Both the position numbers and the translations under genes were made by a program. A stretch of 64,000 nt of DNA from Adineta vaga (lineage: Eukaryota; Animalia; Rotifera), in assembly GCA_021613535.1 (NCBI GenBank), contig CP075494.1, forward strand, positions 13,516,001 through 13,580,000, given 5' to 3'. The first letter of the stretch is position 1; each line of letters starts with the position of its first letter. Below, in pieces: positions 50,901 through 64,000 of this stretch. The notes beneath the pieces are model-generated. The model was given only the letters and a program-made list of their open reading frames with translations, searched no databases and was not told where the DNA came from.

Positions 50901-53900
50901 TCATCAAGGTGAATATTCTGTACAAGCAACGAATTCAGGTGGAACTGTTAAATCAAAGAAAACAAAAGTTACTGTACAGAAAAAACCAGAATTCATCAAA
51001 TTACCTCAATCACAAACAATTAAAGATGGACAAGCAGTGATATTCGATGCACAAATTGATGCTTATCCGCAACCAAAAGTCACATGGTAAGAATTGATTC
51101 GTTTCGATAAGAATGAAGATAACAGTGTACACATGTTTAGGCTTAAAAATGGTAAACCATTAACACCTGATCTTGGTTTTGAAAGTCAATTTGATGCTAA
51201 AACGGGTCAAATTACTCTTAAACATAAGGCAGCAACAAATAAACAATCAGGTGAACTTATCTGTCGAGTAGAAAATGCTGCTGGTACGACCGATGCATCA
51301 GTTACACTCGATGTGCAAGGTAAACTAATATTCAGACAAGAAATCACATACGTTTTATATTTTATTTCTATAGCATTACCAATTATTACGAAGAAATTAG
51401 CTGATCAAGAAGTGATGATTGACAATGAAATTCGTTTTGTTGTTGAAATCACTGGTTCACCTACACCGACGATTTCGTGGTCGAAAGATGATACTCCAGT
51501 AACAGCCGATGTGGATCATATTATCGAATCTGATAATACAATACATACATTAATCATTAAAAATGTTAAATCAACTGATGAAGGTAAGTATCGTGTTGTA
51601 GCTGAAAATCTTCTTGGTCAAGTAGAATCAACTGGTCAATTAACTGTTCTTGAACAACCATTAATCGATCAACCATTTGGTGATATTACTCAACCGATTG
51701 GGTCAGATGTTACTCTTAAATGTCGTGTTACGGGTGGTCGACCTAAAGCAACAGTCACATGGTTGAAGAATGGTAAAGAATTCAAAGGTGATGAACGACA
51801 TATAATCACTTCATCACCTGATGGTACATGTGAATTATTGATAAAATCACTTGATGAAACAGAAAATCAGGCGAAATATACATTAATAGTGAAAAATAAA
51901 GTTGGACAAAAAGAAATTCATTCAACGATAACGGTAAAAGCTTCATTAGACTTTCTTCAAGAATTAAAAGATCAAGATATTCTTGCACAATCACCATGTG
52001 TTTTAACTGTGGAAACAAATGGTATACCAAAACCAACAGTTAAATGGTAAGTTCATTCATTGAAGAATAAATTTTTAATTATATGTTTGATATTTTCATA
52101 GGTTTTTCAATGATCAAGAATTGAAGAATACTCCAAAGACAAAACTTGAATCCAAACAAAATATTCATACATTAACATTACCAAAAGTTGATTTACCTGA
52201 TGATGGTGTTTATAAATGTGTTGCTACCAATCCAGATGGAACCATTGAAACAAAAGCACACATCTCTGTTTGCAGTATGTTGATGGCATTAGAATCGAAT
52301 ATTTGTAATCTGTTTTATTCGTTTCATTGTAGCTAAACCAAAAGTCGATGGTAAAGTCAATGATGTTACCGTTCAAATCAATGAACCAGCTGAATTACGT
52401 ACAAAATTTAGTGCCATACCAAAACCAACAATTGCTTGGTTTGTATATAGACTATCTGTCAACTTCATGTCATATCATCTATTTTTAGGTATAAAGCGAA
52501 TGATCTCAATACTCCATTGACTTCAACTGATAATATTGAAATAACTGAATTACCCGATGGCACAAGTGTTCTTCGAGTGAAAAAGACAGAGTTAACCGAT
52601 GCTTCTGCATATATTGCTCGTGCAACTAATAAAGTTGGTGAAATTGATTCTAAGATCAATTTGATTGTTAAAGAAGTGAAACCACAAATCTTATCTGATA
52701 TAGTCAATGTCAATGCTATTCGTGACGAAGTAGCACAATTTAGTATTAAGGCAACTGGAAATCCACAACCAACAATTCGTTGGTTTAAGAATGATAATGA
52801 AGAACTTCTTGAAACTAATCAAGATTTTGAATTTATTCATGATACATCATCGGATACGTTTACACTCAAAATCAATAAATGTCGACCAGAACATCAAGCT
52901 GATTATTCAGCTATAATAGCCAATTCAGGTGGTACAGTAAAATCGAAAAAAGGCAAATTAGTTGTAACAAAATCACCGGAATTTATTGAAAAACCTGTTT
53001 CTATTGATGTCAATGAAAATGATGCTAGTGAATTTCGAGCGAAAATAGATGCTTATCCACCAGCAAAAATTACTTGGTTATTTGAAGGTAAACCTGTAAC
53101 TGCAAAAGATGGATTTGATATACAAACTGATCAAGCTACGGGTACATCAGTATTAACAATTAAACAAACATTACCTAAACATATAGGAAAACTTACAATT
53201 AAAGCAGATAATTCAACAGGTTCAATTGAAGAAAGTGTTCAATTAGCTGTAAAAACTGGACCAAAGATTACTAAAAAACCAACCGATATTGAAGCTTTAC
53301 TACATACGGATGCAGTATTTACTATTGATGTAGCTGGCTCACCAAAACCAGAAATTGAATGGATTCATCGTGACCTATCAATTAAAGTTTCGGATAAATA
53401 CGAAATTATCGAAGAAAGTGCAACAGTAACAAAACTTATTATTCATGATGTCACATCTGAAGATGAAGGATCAATTCAAATCAAAGTTAAAAACGCATTA
53501 GGTCAAACCGATGTTACTGCACAGTTGAAAGCACTTGAAACGCCACGAATCGAACCACAATTGACTGACCAAGAAGTAACATTGAATCAGCCACTTGTTC
53601 TCAAAACAAATGTATACGGTCGACCAAAAGTCGATGTTCAATGGTTAAAAGATCAAAAACCATTAGCAGCATCTGATCGTATCAAAATCGAACGTAATGA
53701 AGATGAATGTACATTGACAATAGCAAATATTAAAGAAGAAGATATTGGTACATATACATTAACAATTAAAAATAAACTTGGCAAAGCAGATTCTGTATCA
53801 AATATTAAAGTTACTGCTTCATTACGATTTCTCAATCAATTGAATGATCTCGATATTATTCAAACTTCAAATGGAATTCTGTCTGTTGATTGTGAAGGTG

Positions 53901-56900
53901 TACCAAAACCGAAATTAACTTGGTATGTTTATTAAAGAAATAATCTCCATGGAGTTATTTTCTATACTTTTCTTTCTTTTAAAGGTATTTCAATGATACA
54001 GAAATTAAATCTAATCAAAAGACACGTGTTGATACCAAAGGCTCAACTAGTACATTGACTATCAATAAGGCAGATATGGTCGATATTGGTATTTATAAAG
54101 TTGTAGCTGATAATGGAAAAGAAAGAATAGAAACACAAGCTAATGTTGATGTTTGTGGTATGTAATCATTGTCAATTGTTTAATAGATAGCATTTCCAAT
54201 GAAATATATGGATTATTCGATCTAAATAATTCATTTGTTTATTTTTAGTCAAACCAAAAGTGGATGGTAAACCAACTGATGTTACTTGTTTATTAAATGA
54301 AACAGCAAAACTCAGTATCAAATTTACAGCTATACCAAAAGCAACAGTTACATGGTATAAAGCTGATGGTACAGAAGTACAAGCGGATGATCGTATTCAA
54401 ATGACTACCGATGATAATGGACAATCGACATTAACTATTACAAATGCTACACCACAAGATACTCAAGCATATATAGCTCGTGCAACGAATAAAGTTGGCT
54501 CGGTCGATGGAAAAGTCAATTTAAATGTGAAAGGTATAGTAGATAAAATGAATAAAACTTGATGAGAACTGTTTCTTTTACTTTCTGCCTCTTCTGTAGA
54601 AGTCAAACCAACCTTAAAGAATGATCTTGAACCACAAACTGTAAATGTTGGCGATGAACTTATCTATCGTCTTCTCGTTGATGGTCGTCCGACACCGACA
54701 ATTAAATTCTATAAAGATGGTAATGAAATCGGTCCCGTAACTATTGAACAGTCAACAACGCCAGGTGATAGTATTGTTACAGCTATTCTTCGTATTCCTC
54801 AAGCTGCTACAACTGATCAAGGTGAATATCAAGCTTCGGTTGAAAATCCAGCAGGTGTTGTTAAAACGAAGAAAGTAAAAGTTACTGTTCAACAATTGCC
54901 TGTTTTTCTTCAAACACCTCAAGATGTATCAGTGAGTCAAGGCAAAGAAGTCACATATGAAGCACAACTTTCAGCATTTCCAATACCAAAAATAATCTGG
55001 TTACTTAATGGTAAACCATTAACAGCCAATGCTGATTGTGCAATTACATTTGATAATGCCACACAAAAAGCAACATTAACCTTACGTAAAATTGATGCTG
55101 ATAAACATGCAGGAATTATTACCTGTCAAGCTGAAAATGCTGCAGGCAAAATTACACATGATGCTAAACTTAATGTTTTAACAGCACCGAAAATCTTGAA
55201 AGGTTTGAAAGATGAAAGTATTATTGAAGGACAAGATATTACATTATCAATTGAATCAAGTGGACATCCTGCACCAACAGCACAATGGTTCTTGAATGAT
55301 AAACCAATCGTACCGACTGATCAACATTATGAAGTAATTATACCAAAAGAAGGACATTTATATGAATTAAAAATCAAACAAACAAAATCTACTGATGAAG
55401 GTATTTATAAAGTTATTATGACAAATTCAGAAGGTGAAATTACAAGTCAAGCTAATTTAAATGTTTATATTGCACCTGTCATGAAATCTCTTCCACCAAA
55501 AATCGATGGAGTTCAAGGTCAACAAATAATTATCTCATGTCAAATAACGGGTCGTCCAAAACCAGAAATTGTTTTCTTAAAAGATAAAAAAGATGTTATG
55601 ACATTAGAAGATAAAGCTCGTTTTCAAATTGACTACGATGAACAAACAGGTAATGTACGTTTGATTATTTCTGATGCGAAAGAAGAAGATCATGGTAAAT
55701 ATACAATTCGTGCTAAGAATGCAGCACAAACAATTGAAGAACAAACAGTGGTAAATGTATCAGCACAATTATCTTTTACTGAACAACTTCAAGATACTGA
55801 TGTTATTAGTGGTCAAAACTTAACATTAACTTGTCGTTGTCAAGGTATTCCTAAACCAACAATAAAATGGTATCAAAATGATACGGAAATTAAATCAACA
55901 ACAAAACAAAAGATTGAATCAAAACCAGATGGAACTCAAACAATAACAATCAATCGTGTTGATTTAACCGATGGTGGAAAATTTAAAGTTATTGCTACGA
56001 ATGAACAAGGAACAATTACATCGGAATGTCAAGTTGATGTTTTAATGAAACCTAAAATTGAAGGTAAAGTCCAAGATGTTCAAGTCGTTATTGGTGAACA
56101 AGCCCAATTAAATGTAAAATTATCTGGTATTCCAAAACCAGATATTCAATGGTTGAAAAATGGTCAACCATTTGATATTGATAATCAACGAATTAAACTT
56201 ATTGAAAAAGATGATGTATATTCATTAGTTTTTGAAAGTACAATTATCGACGATAAAGCTGCCTATACATTAAAAGCAACGAATAAAGCTGGTGACGTTG
56301 AATCACCGAAGATTAATTTGAATATTACATCAATTCAACCGAAAATTAAAACCGATTTACAACCAACGTTGAATGTAACAAAAGATGAACCGATTGTTTT
56401 GACTATTCAAGCAGATGGAAAACCAAAACCACAAGTCAAATGGTTTAAAGGTAGCGATGAAATATCACCCGATCAAGTGGGTGTTCAAATGCTTGAAGAA
56501 GGTGAAAATACATATAAATTAATTATTGAAAAATCAACAGAAAAAGATCAAGGAGACTACACTGCACTTATTCAAAATACTGGTGGACAAGTTAAATCAA
56601 AGAAGACAGCTGTTACAGTTACTAAACTACCTGAATTTGTTACAAAACCAGAAGATACAACAGTCAAACAAGGTGATACCACTACGATTGAATGTCAAAT
56701 TGATGCACTTCCATTACCGAAAATTACATTATTACGTGATGGTAAACCTTTGACACCTAAAGATGGTATTGAACAAACATTTGATGCTGCTACTCGTCGT
56801 CTTATAATTACAGTTAAGAATGCTCGTGTAGATCAAACTGGCACATTAACATGTAAACTTGATAATTCCGTTGGTTCAGCTGAAGCGTCATTTAAATTAA

Positions 56901-59900
56901 ATGTTTCTGCTGCTCCTGTTATTTCAAAAGGTTTAACAGATCAAGAATGTTTGATTGATAAAGAACTTCGTTTAACTATTGTTACATCAGCAAGTCCTGT
57001 ACCAACTGTAAAATGGTATAAAGATAATGTTGAATTGACTAATATTGGCACAAAGGTTAACGATGATACATTTGAATTAATTATTCCAAATGTTAAACCA
57101 GAAGATCAAGGAAGTTATAAGGCGGTTGTATCCAATGAACTTGGCGAAAAAGAAACTCAATGTAAAGTAACAATACTTGAACCTGCTGAATTAAAATGTG
57201 ATTTTGCTGAACAACAAACAATTCAAGTTGGAGACATTCTTCAACTTCAATGTCATGTTAGTGGACGACCATTACCAGAAGTGACATGGACAAAAGATGG
57301 TAAAGAAATAAAAGCATCAGATCGTATAGAAATTGTAAAGAATGCTGATGGAACTTGTTCATTAACAATCAAACAAGCAACATCAGATGATAAAGTAAGA
57401 GTAATAAATAAATAGTTTATTGATTTCATCATGAACACAAATTCTTCTCTTTTGTAGGGTGTTTATAAAGTTATTTGTAAGAATAAATTACAGACACGTG
57501 AAGCACAAACACAAATTCTTATTTCATCACCATTAAAATTTAATACAACATTGAAAGATACTGTTGCACAAGTTGGACAAAGTGTTACATTCGAAGTTGA
57601 TTGTGAAGGTTTACCAAAACCAACTATTAAATGGTAAGATTTATCTATCATTCATTTATTCAATACAACAGATATATTCATACTCCATATTTTTGTTTAA
57701 TCTCAGGCTCTTCAATGGTCAAGAAATAACACCATCAGCTAAATATAAGATTGAATCTAAAGGAAATTTGAATAAACTTACAGTACCAAAAGTTGATCTC
57801 ATCGATACTGGTGTATATGAAGTTGTTGTTTCAAATGGTATTGATACAATTAAAAGTGAATCAAAATTGGATGTTTCTATTAAACCTAAAGTTGAAGGTA
57901 AAAAGGAATAATTCAAATAGACTTTTTTTTAACTAGATTTTTTCTCTATCTAGGTAAACCATCTGATGTTAATGTTAATATCAACGAATCAGCTAAACTT
58001 CAATGTAAAATTTCGGGTTCTCCAATACCTACTATTGTATGGCTTAAAGATGGTCAACCATTGCAACCATCTGATAATATTACTATTCAAACAGAAGCCG
58101 ATGGTACACAAATACTTCTTTTTAAATCAGCTCAACTAGCAGATAAAGGTAGTTATACATGTCAAGCAACGAATATTGGTGGTACAAGTGAAGTTAAATT
58201 AAATCTTAATGTTCAACAAGTAAAACCAACATTAAAATCTGATCTTGCAAAAGATATTATTGCTCAAGCTGGTGAACCTATTTCACTTTCTATTAAAGCA
58301 TCCGGTACTAAACCACAAGTAAAATGGTACAAAGATGGTGAAGAAATCATTGAAACAGTTGAAGAAGAATATGAAATGGTCGAAGAAGAAGAAACCTATA
58401 CATTGTTAATGAAACGTGCACAACCAAAAGATAGTGGAGAATATCAAGCCGTCATTACAAATGATGTTGGACAAGTAAAATCAAAGAAAATTAAAGTACA
58501 AATTCAAAAAGCACCACAATTCAAAAAGAAACCAGAAGCCATGCTTAATGTTAAAGAAGGTGAACAAGCACGTTTTGAATGTGAATTTGAGGGTAATCCA
58601 ACGCCAAAAGTTTCTTGGTTACGTGATGGAAAACTATTAACACCAAAAGATGGTTTTGAAATCAAAACAGATGCAGCAACAGGCAAAAGTATTTTAACAA
58701 TCAATCAATCGACACCGAAACATTCAGGTCCAATTACAGTACGTCTTGAAAATTCAGTTGGTACACCTATTGAAGAAATTGTTCAATTAAATGTTGAAAC
58801 TACACCACAATTATTACAAAAACCAACAGCAACATGTGAAGCACATTTGAATCAAACTGCTTCAATTGCATTTAAATGTTTAGCAACACCTAAACCAACA
58901 ATACGTTTATTTAAAAATGATATTGAAATTGAATTAACTGGTGATCATTATGAACTTGTTCCTAGTGCAACTGATGCAACTTCATATGAGATCAGAATAA
59001 AAAATGTTCAAATCGAAGATGAAGGAAATTATCGTATTCGTATTGAAAATGCTTTGGGAAATATTGATGCAAATGTTCAAGTTACAACAGTTGATAATGT
59101 TTCAATAACAACATCAGCTCATGCAATTAATACTGATTTAAAACAACATGATACATTAACACTTGAATATACTGTTACTGGTCGACCTAAACCTGATATT
59201 ACATTTATGAAAGATGGCAAAGAAATTAAACCATCAGCTAAAATACAAATAACTTATGATGAAACAACTAATATTTGTCGATTAGTTACAACAGATGTTG
59301 GACAAGAAGATCAAGGTGTGTATACATTAATTGCTAAGAATAAATTAGGTAAACAAGAAAGTCAACCAATAAAAATTAATGTTACTGCACCAATTACTGT
59401 TAAAACAACTTTACCAGAAACAATTGATGCTGTTCTCGGCGAACAAATAACAATGACTATTGAAGCATCAGGTAGATTATTGATTTAAAAAAATTAATTT
59501 TTGATTTTTTTCAAAAAATATTCTTTTTCCTATTCAAGGTATTCCTCAACCTAAAATTACATGGTTATGTAATGGTCAACCTCTTAAATCGTCACCGAAA
59601 CATAAAATTGAAACATCAAAAGAAAATCCAAATTTAACGACTTTAACCATTACGAAATTAGATCATGCTGATGTTGGTAAATATACTGCTGTCATTGATA
59701 ATGGTCTCGAAAAAATAGAAGCCAATAGTACATTAAATATTCATGCAAAACCGAAATTAGAATCGAAATTAGAAACATCATTAACATTTAATATTGGTGA
59801 ACAAGGTCAAATTCCAATACGTGTTAGTGGAGAAGATAATATCATTACTTGGTTTAAAGATTCTCAACCAATTACATTTGATGATCGCATTCGAATTGTC

Positions 59901-62900
59901 ACAGAAGAAAATAATACTTATAAATTAGTTATAGATGATCTTCGTTCTGAAGATAAAGGTCTTTATTCAATGCATATTGAAAATAAAGGTGGAAATTTAG
60001 ACATTAAAACAACAGTTAATATTAAAGAACAAAAGCCACAAATTCTTGCTGACCTTAATGATTCTCCAGCAGCAAATGCTGCCAAAATAGGTGAAGAATT
60101 TTCATTAGAAATTCGTGCACAAGGTAAACCACGTCCTCAAGTATCATGGACACTTAATGGTCAAGAATTACCAGCTGATTCACCAGATTATGATTTAATT
60201 ATAACTGAAGATGGTCTTTATCGTCTTGTATTTCGTCAATTTAATGAACGTTATATTGGTGAATATCAAGCTGTTGTTACAAGTTCTGCTGGTACATTAA
60301 AAACGAAAAAAGCTAAAGTAACTGGTCAACAAGTACCTATGTTTACTCAAGAACCACCTCAATTTCTTCAAGTTAAAACGGGTGAAAAACTAACTGTTGA
60401 ATGTACAGCTAAAGGACATCCAACACCGAAAATTACATGGTTACGTGATGGAAAAGTTTTAACGAATAAGGACGGTTTTGATATTAAAATGGATCAAGCA
60501 ACTGGCCAAGCAACATTTATTATTCCAAGTGCAAATATTAAACATACAGGCAAATATGAATGTAAAGTTGAAAATCAATATGGTACACATACATCAGAAA
60601 TTAATATTGATGTTCTTGGTAAGTAGAATAAATAAAACTTTCAGTAGAGATAGTTCGATTTTGCTTTAGCTCCACCTACTGCTCAACAGAAAATGCAAGA
60701 TTTTGAAGTATCTCGTGGACAAGAAGTAACTATTACTGTTACGGCTGATGGTAGTCCATTACCGACATGTACATGGTATCATAATGAGAAACCACTTGCT
60801 GTACAACCAGATCGTATTGTTATTATTGATGATGGAGCAACACATACTTTGAAATTACTTGACGCTCAATTAACTGATGATGGTCAATATAAAGTAAGAT
60901 AAGAAAGAATACTATTTTGCTTTTTGCAAAATCATTGCTTTTCTTCTTCGTTATTTCAAGGCTATCATTGAAAATCAAATGGGTAAAACAGAATTAGTCA
61001 GTCAAGTTACAGTCATGGGTAAGTTCAGCATTTTATAAATCCTTTGCATATACTGTTTATATTATTTTACATTCCACTGTGATCTAATTTCGAATATTGA
61101 TCAGTATTCATATTTTTATTTGAAATCAATTCTATCTTAGACGTACCTGATATCTCTTCGGAACCAATTGATGTTCGTGTCACTCAAGGTGGCTCATGTA
61201 CGCTTGAATGCCAAGCTTCAGGTAAACCTTTACCTGAAGTAAAATGGACAAAGAGTGGCAAAGAAATCAAATCAACTGAAAGTCTTTTACTTGAGTCAAC
61301 ACCCGATGGTACTCATCGTTTGACTATAAATAATGCTCAATCAGATCATGCAGGACAATATATTGCTAACGTCAAACATAAAATTCGAGCTCAACAAATG
61401 ATTTTCAATGTTACTGTTACAGGTATGAACGAAGAACAATATATAAATGTGTCTTTCTAATGTTAAACTATGCATAGGATAGGAATAATTAAAAAACGAA
61501 TCTTAGATCATAAATAAAAAAAGTATATTCTATCTCTAACAAAACATTCATACGTGTTATCCGATACTACTTCCAATTCATTACATCTTCTCGATTAAAA
61601 CCTAAAACAAAATCGAAATTTCAAACTAATACCTTTTCTTTTAAAAATCTCTAGCTCCATTAACCTTGAAACAAACACCAACAGATCTTAACGTGCTACA
61701 AACGCAAAATGCTCTCATTACATTTGAAGTCGACGGTTTACCAAAACCCACTATCACTTGGCTCTTCAACGGAACACCCATCCAATCATCAGCCAAATAC
61801 AAGATGGAAACAAAAGGAAATCAAATCATTCTAAACGTTAACAAAACAGATTTTGTCGATTCAGGCATATATACAGCTGTCATTGATAACGGAATTGAAA
61901 AAATAGAAGTTCCCGTGAAAATGAACGTTGGCGGTAATAACACCTAACTTAGACTATCCATTGAATTTATTCTATTTTCTCTTAAAATAATTTTAGTCAA
62001 ACCCAAAGTGGAAGCAGCTAAGCCAGCTAATGAACAATCATGTGTTATTGGTCAAGATACTCAGATCACATGGAAATTTAGTGGTGTTGAGAAACCACAA
62101 GTAACATGGCTCTTCAAAGGACAACCACTTACAACTAATGAACGATATCAAATCACCGAAGGTGAAGATGGAACATCGACACTAGCCATCAAGAGTGCTG
62201 AACTCACTGACAAAGGTGTTTACACTGCGAAAGCAACAAACGCAGTGGGTGAAGCAGAAGCAAAAACAACACTCAACATTGCTGGTATCAAACCAGTGAT
62301 CACGAATGATCTCGAAGGTACATTACAAGCAACGAAAGGTGAATCAATGACAATCAAACTACAAGTGACAGGTACACCTCGACCTGATGTCATTTGGTGT
62401 CGAGGAAATGATGATCTTGTACCAAGTGATCGTATTCAAGTAGTAGCACCAGCAAGTGAAGGTGATGACACATACACACTGACAATTCTGAATGTTCAAC
62501 CAGAAGATCAAGGTGATTATTCAGCTAAAATAAATAATGTTGGTGGATCACTCAAAACAAAGAAATGCAAAGTGACCGTTACAAGTAAGTTATCGAACCT
62601 TTCATATGCTTTTTCTAGTCTTACTTTTAATAGAATTACCCGTCTTTGTGAGCAAACCAACAGCTCAAGAAGTCAAACAAGGTGAAACAGCGGTGTTCCA
62701 AACAAAGATCGATGGATATCCCACACCTAAAGTCACATGGCTTCTCAATGGCAAACTATTGACAGCGAAAGAAGGCGCGCAAGTCGAACTCAATGCTGCA
62801 ACTGGTGATGCCAAACTATCAATTCCTAAAGTTGATCTACAACAACATTCAGGCACAGTTACATGTCGACTCGAGAATCCACATGGGACTCAGGAAGAAA

Positions 62901-64000
62901 CTGCACGACTCGATATTCTTGCTGCACCACTCATCACCACTCAACTGCCGAAACAAGAAGAAACAGTGAGTGGCAAAGATGTGACACTTCGAGTCGTTGT
63001 TCGAGGTTCACCACGACCTGAAGCACAATGGTTCTACAATGACACACCGGTACCTGCAGAGAATACCACATTTGATGAAGAAAAGAGCGAATATCAACTC
63101 ACAATAAAACAAGCCACAGTTGCTACAAGTGATGGAACATATCGTGTTGTGTTGAAGAATGATCTTGGAGAGAGTGAATCAACACCATGTGTATTGACAG
63201 TACTGGAACCAGTGAAGGTAACAAAGACAGCACCAGCGAGTGATGTTGTCGACTTGAAAGTGGGTGAAGCATTTGAATTATCGTTTGATGTTGACGGTAA
63301 AGAAGCACCAAAAGTACAATTGACCAAGGATGGCAAGGAAGTGAAGTTCAGTAGTGTTGAAGGTGTGAAACATGTATATTCGATTGGTGAAGTAAAACCG
63401 GAACATCAAGGCGTATACAAGTTGACAGCAAAGAACAAAACATCAACAGAAGAAAATATTGTAACATTGAAAGTGACAGGTATGTCATTTTGATTATTAA
63501 CTAAAACTCGTACCCAAGTTTCGATGCGTTGCTGCGTGAGGTATCTTCTTCATACTCCATATGATATTCGTAGATACTATAATCTTTGCATTTCCGATTT
63601 GTAAATAGCAACAATGCTATACGAGAAACATACCAATCATACCGAACTATAACGTCATTCAGTACCATAATCCATTATGTATGTGAATATAAATGAAAAG
63701 CTAGCTTGTTCATAAGATATGGCCTGCAGAGATAGTCGGAAGTTTTCCATGAAACTTAAAATATGTATATTTCTTACGATTATTCATACATATTTTAGCC
63801 CCACTAAATATTACACAATCATTAACTGATACGAATGTTCTTCTTGGACAAAATGCAACTCTATCAATCATCTGTGATGCTTTTCCAGCACCAAAAGTAA
63901 CCTGGTAAGTTATCTATAGAGCCCCCCAAAGAGGTCCAACGTCTATGATCATTATTTTTTCCAAAGGTTTTCGAATGACACCGAATTGAAAACATCCGCA
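20996..64000 (+). CDS. Giant titin/twitchin-like multi-Ig muscle protein, 5' portion; continues past the window end
   Basis: Dozens of I-set Ig domains (P.F...L, G.P.P.v.W, D.G.Y.c.A.N..G) joined by frame-consistent GT-AG introns at the junctions checked. Two giant repeat exons (26358-33471, 33678-42547). No stop in the spliced frame before the window end. No Fn3 or kinase domain seen. Confidence 0.92.
24876..25278 (+). CDS. Probable alternative first coding exon of the titin-like gene (one Ig domain)
   Basis: Starts MAFNDERIPKF with an in-frame TAG upstream and no phase-1 acceptor nearby. Encodes an Ig domain (FEQELKSITVRHGESARFEA...DEGVYTI). Its phase-1 donor at 25278 fits the 25504 acceptor, as does the upstream donor at 23935. 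Confidence 0.65.
27796..32370 (+). repeat. Coding tandem repeat: 195-bp (65-aa) unit, 23 full copies plus a partial
   Basis: The CCGGT anchor recurs every 195 bp from 27796 to 32281. Unit: TGTIMKTTSALGQEDLPQDTAVNVNQLRQPTAQTIPAVPSVEQPGVAVPVQRIEQPVLTDERQTA. Confidence 0.98.
35140..42200 (+). repeat. Coding Ala/Glu/Lys-rich repeat array built from 18-bp (6-aa) modules
   Basis: Modules AEQEKK, AQEAKQ/E, AAEEKK, AADAKK, AEEAKL, AAEAKK plus an ALQ triplet, combined into 18-, 33-, 51- and 69-aa units. Confidence 0.97.
47290..47640 (+). other. Twitchin/MyBP-C-like inter-Ig regulatory linker
   Basis: IDYKSILRK...GGPDWGKLKK...PGWQYHLKH...GRRSRSGS between Ig blocks. Resembles the recalled DF/Y-x-S-x-L-K/R-K and PDW-x-x-L motifs of twitchin-family linkers. 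Confidence 0.55.
48165..64000 (+). repeat. Six-Ig-domain super-repeat (~575 aa), at least 7 complete copies
   Basis: The marker G-x-(V/L)-K-(S/T)-K-K-x-x-V-T recurs at ~49040, 50940, 52930, 54850, 56580, 58470, 60290 and 62540. Six Ig domains lie between markers in the intron-free 54896-57415 ORF. Confidence 0.9.

Noticed and set aside
1-64000. tRNA, rRNA or transposase/reverse-transcriptase genes
   Set aside because: None were recognised by eye. tRNAscan-SE, Infernal and RepeatMasker would be needed to exclude them formally.

Overview
AT-rich, intron-containing eukaryotic DNA with many ~50-65 nt GT-AG introns. Composition and intron style suggest a compact invertebrate genome, possibly a bdelloid rotifer, but this is inference only. 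The first 18 kb holds six genes: an unidentified minus-strand gene with a coiled-coil/acidic product, an MDM1 (SAXO6)-like microtubule-lumen protein, PACRG, an ankyrin + SOCS-box (ASB-like) protein, a CAMSAP/Patronin-family protein with a CKK domain but no N-terminal CH domain, and a FAM199X-like protein. From ~21 kb to the end of the window is the 5' part of a giant titin/twitchin-like muscle gene, roughly 12,000 codons and about 65-70 Ig domains by hand count, with no Fn3 or kinase domain seen yet. It has two giant exons. One (~7.1 kb) carries a 195-bp/65-aa tandem repeat with higher-order structure. The other (~8.9 kb) carries a ~2,300-aa proline-free Ala/Glu/Lys hexad array where titins usually have PEVK. 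These are followed by twitchin-like RRxS/PDW regulatory linkers and a 6-Ig super-repeat with at least 7 full copies. The long antisense and shifted-frame ORFs over the repeat exon are by-products. All identifications come from manual translation and recalled family motifs; no database search was run.
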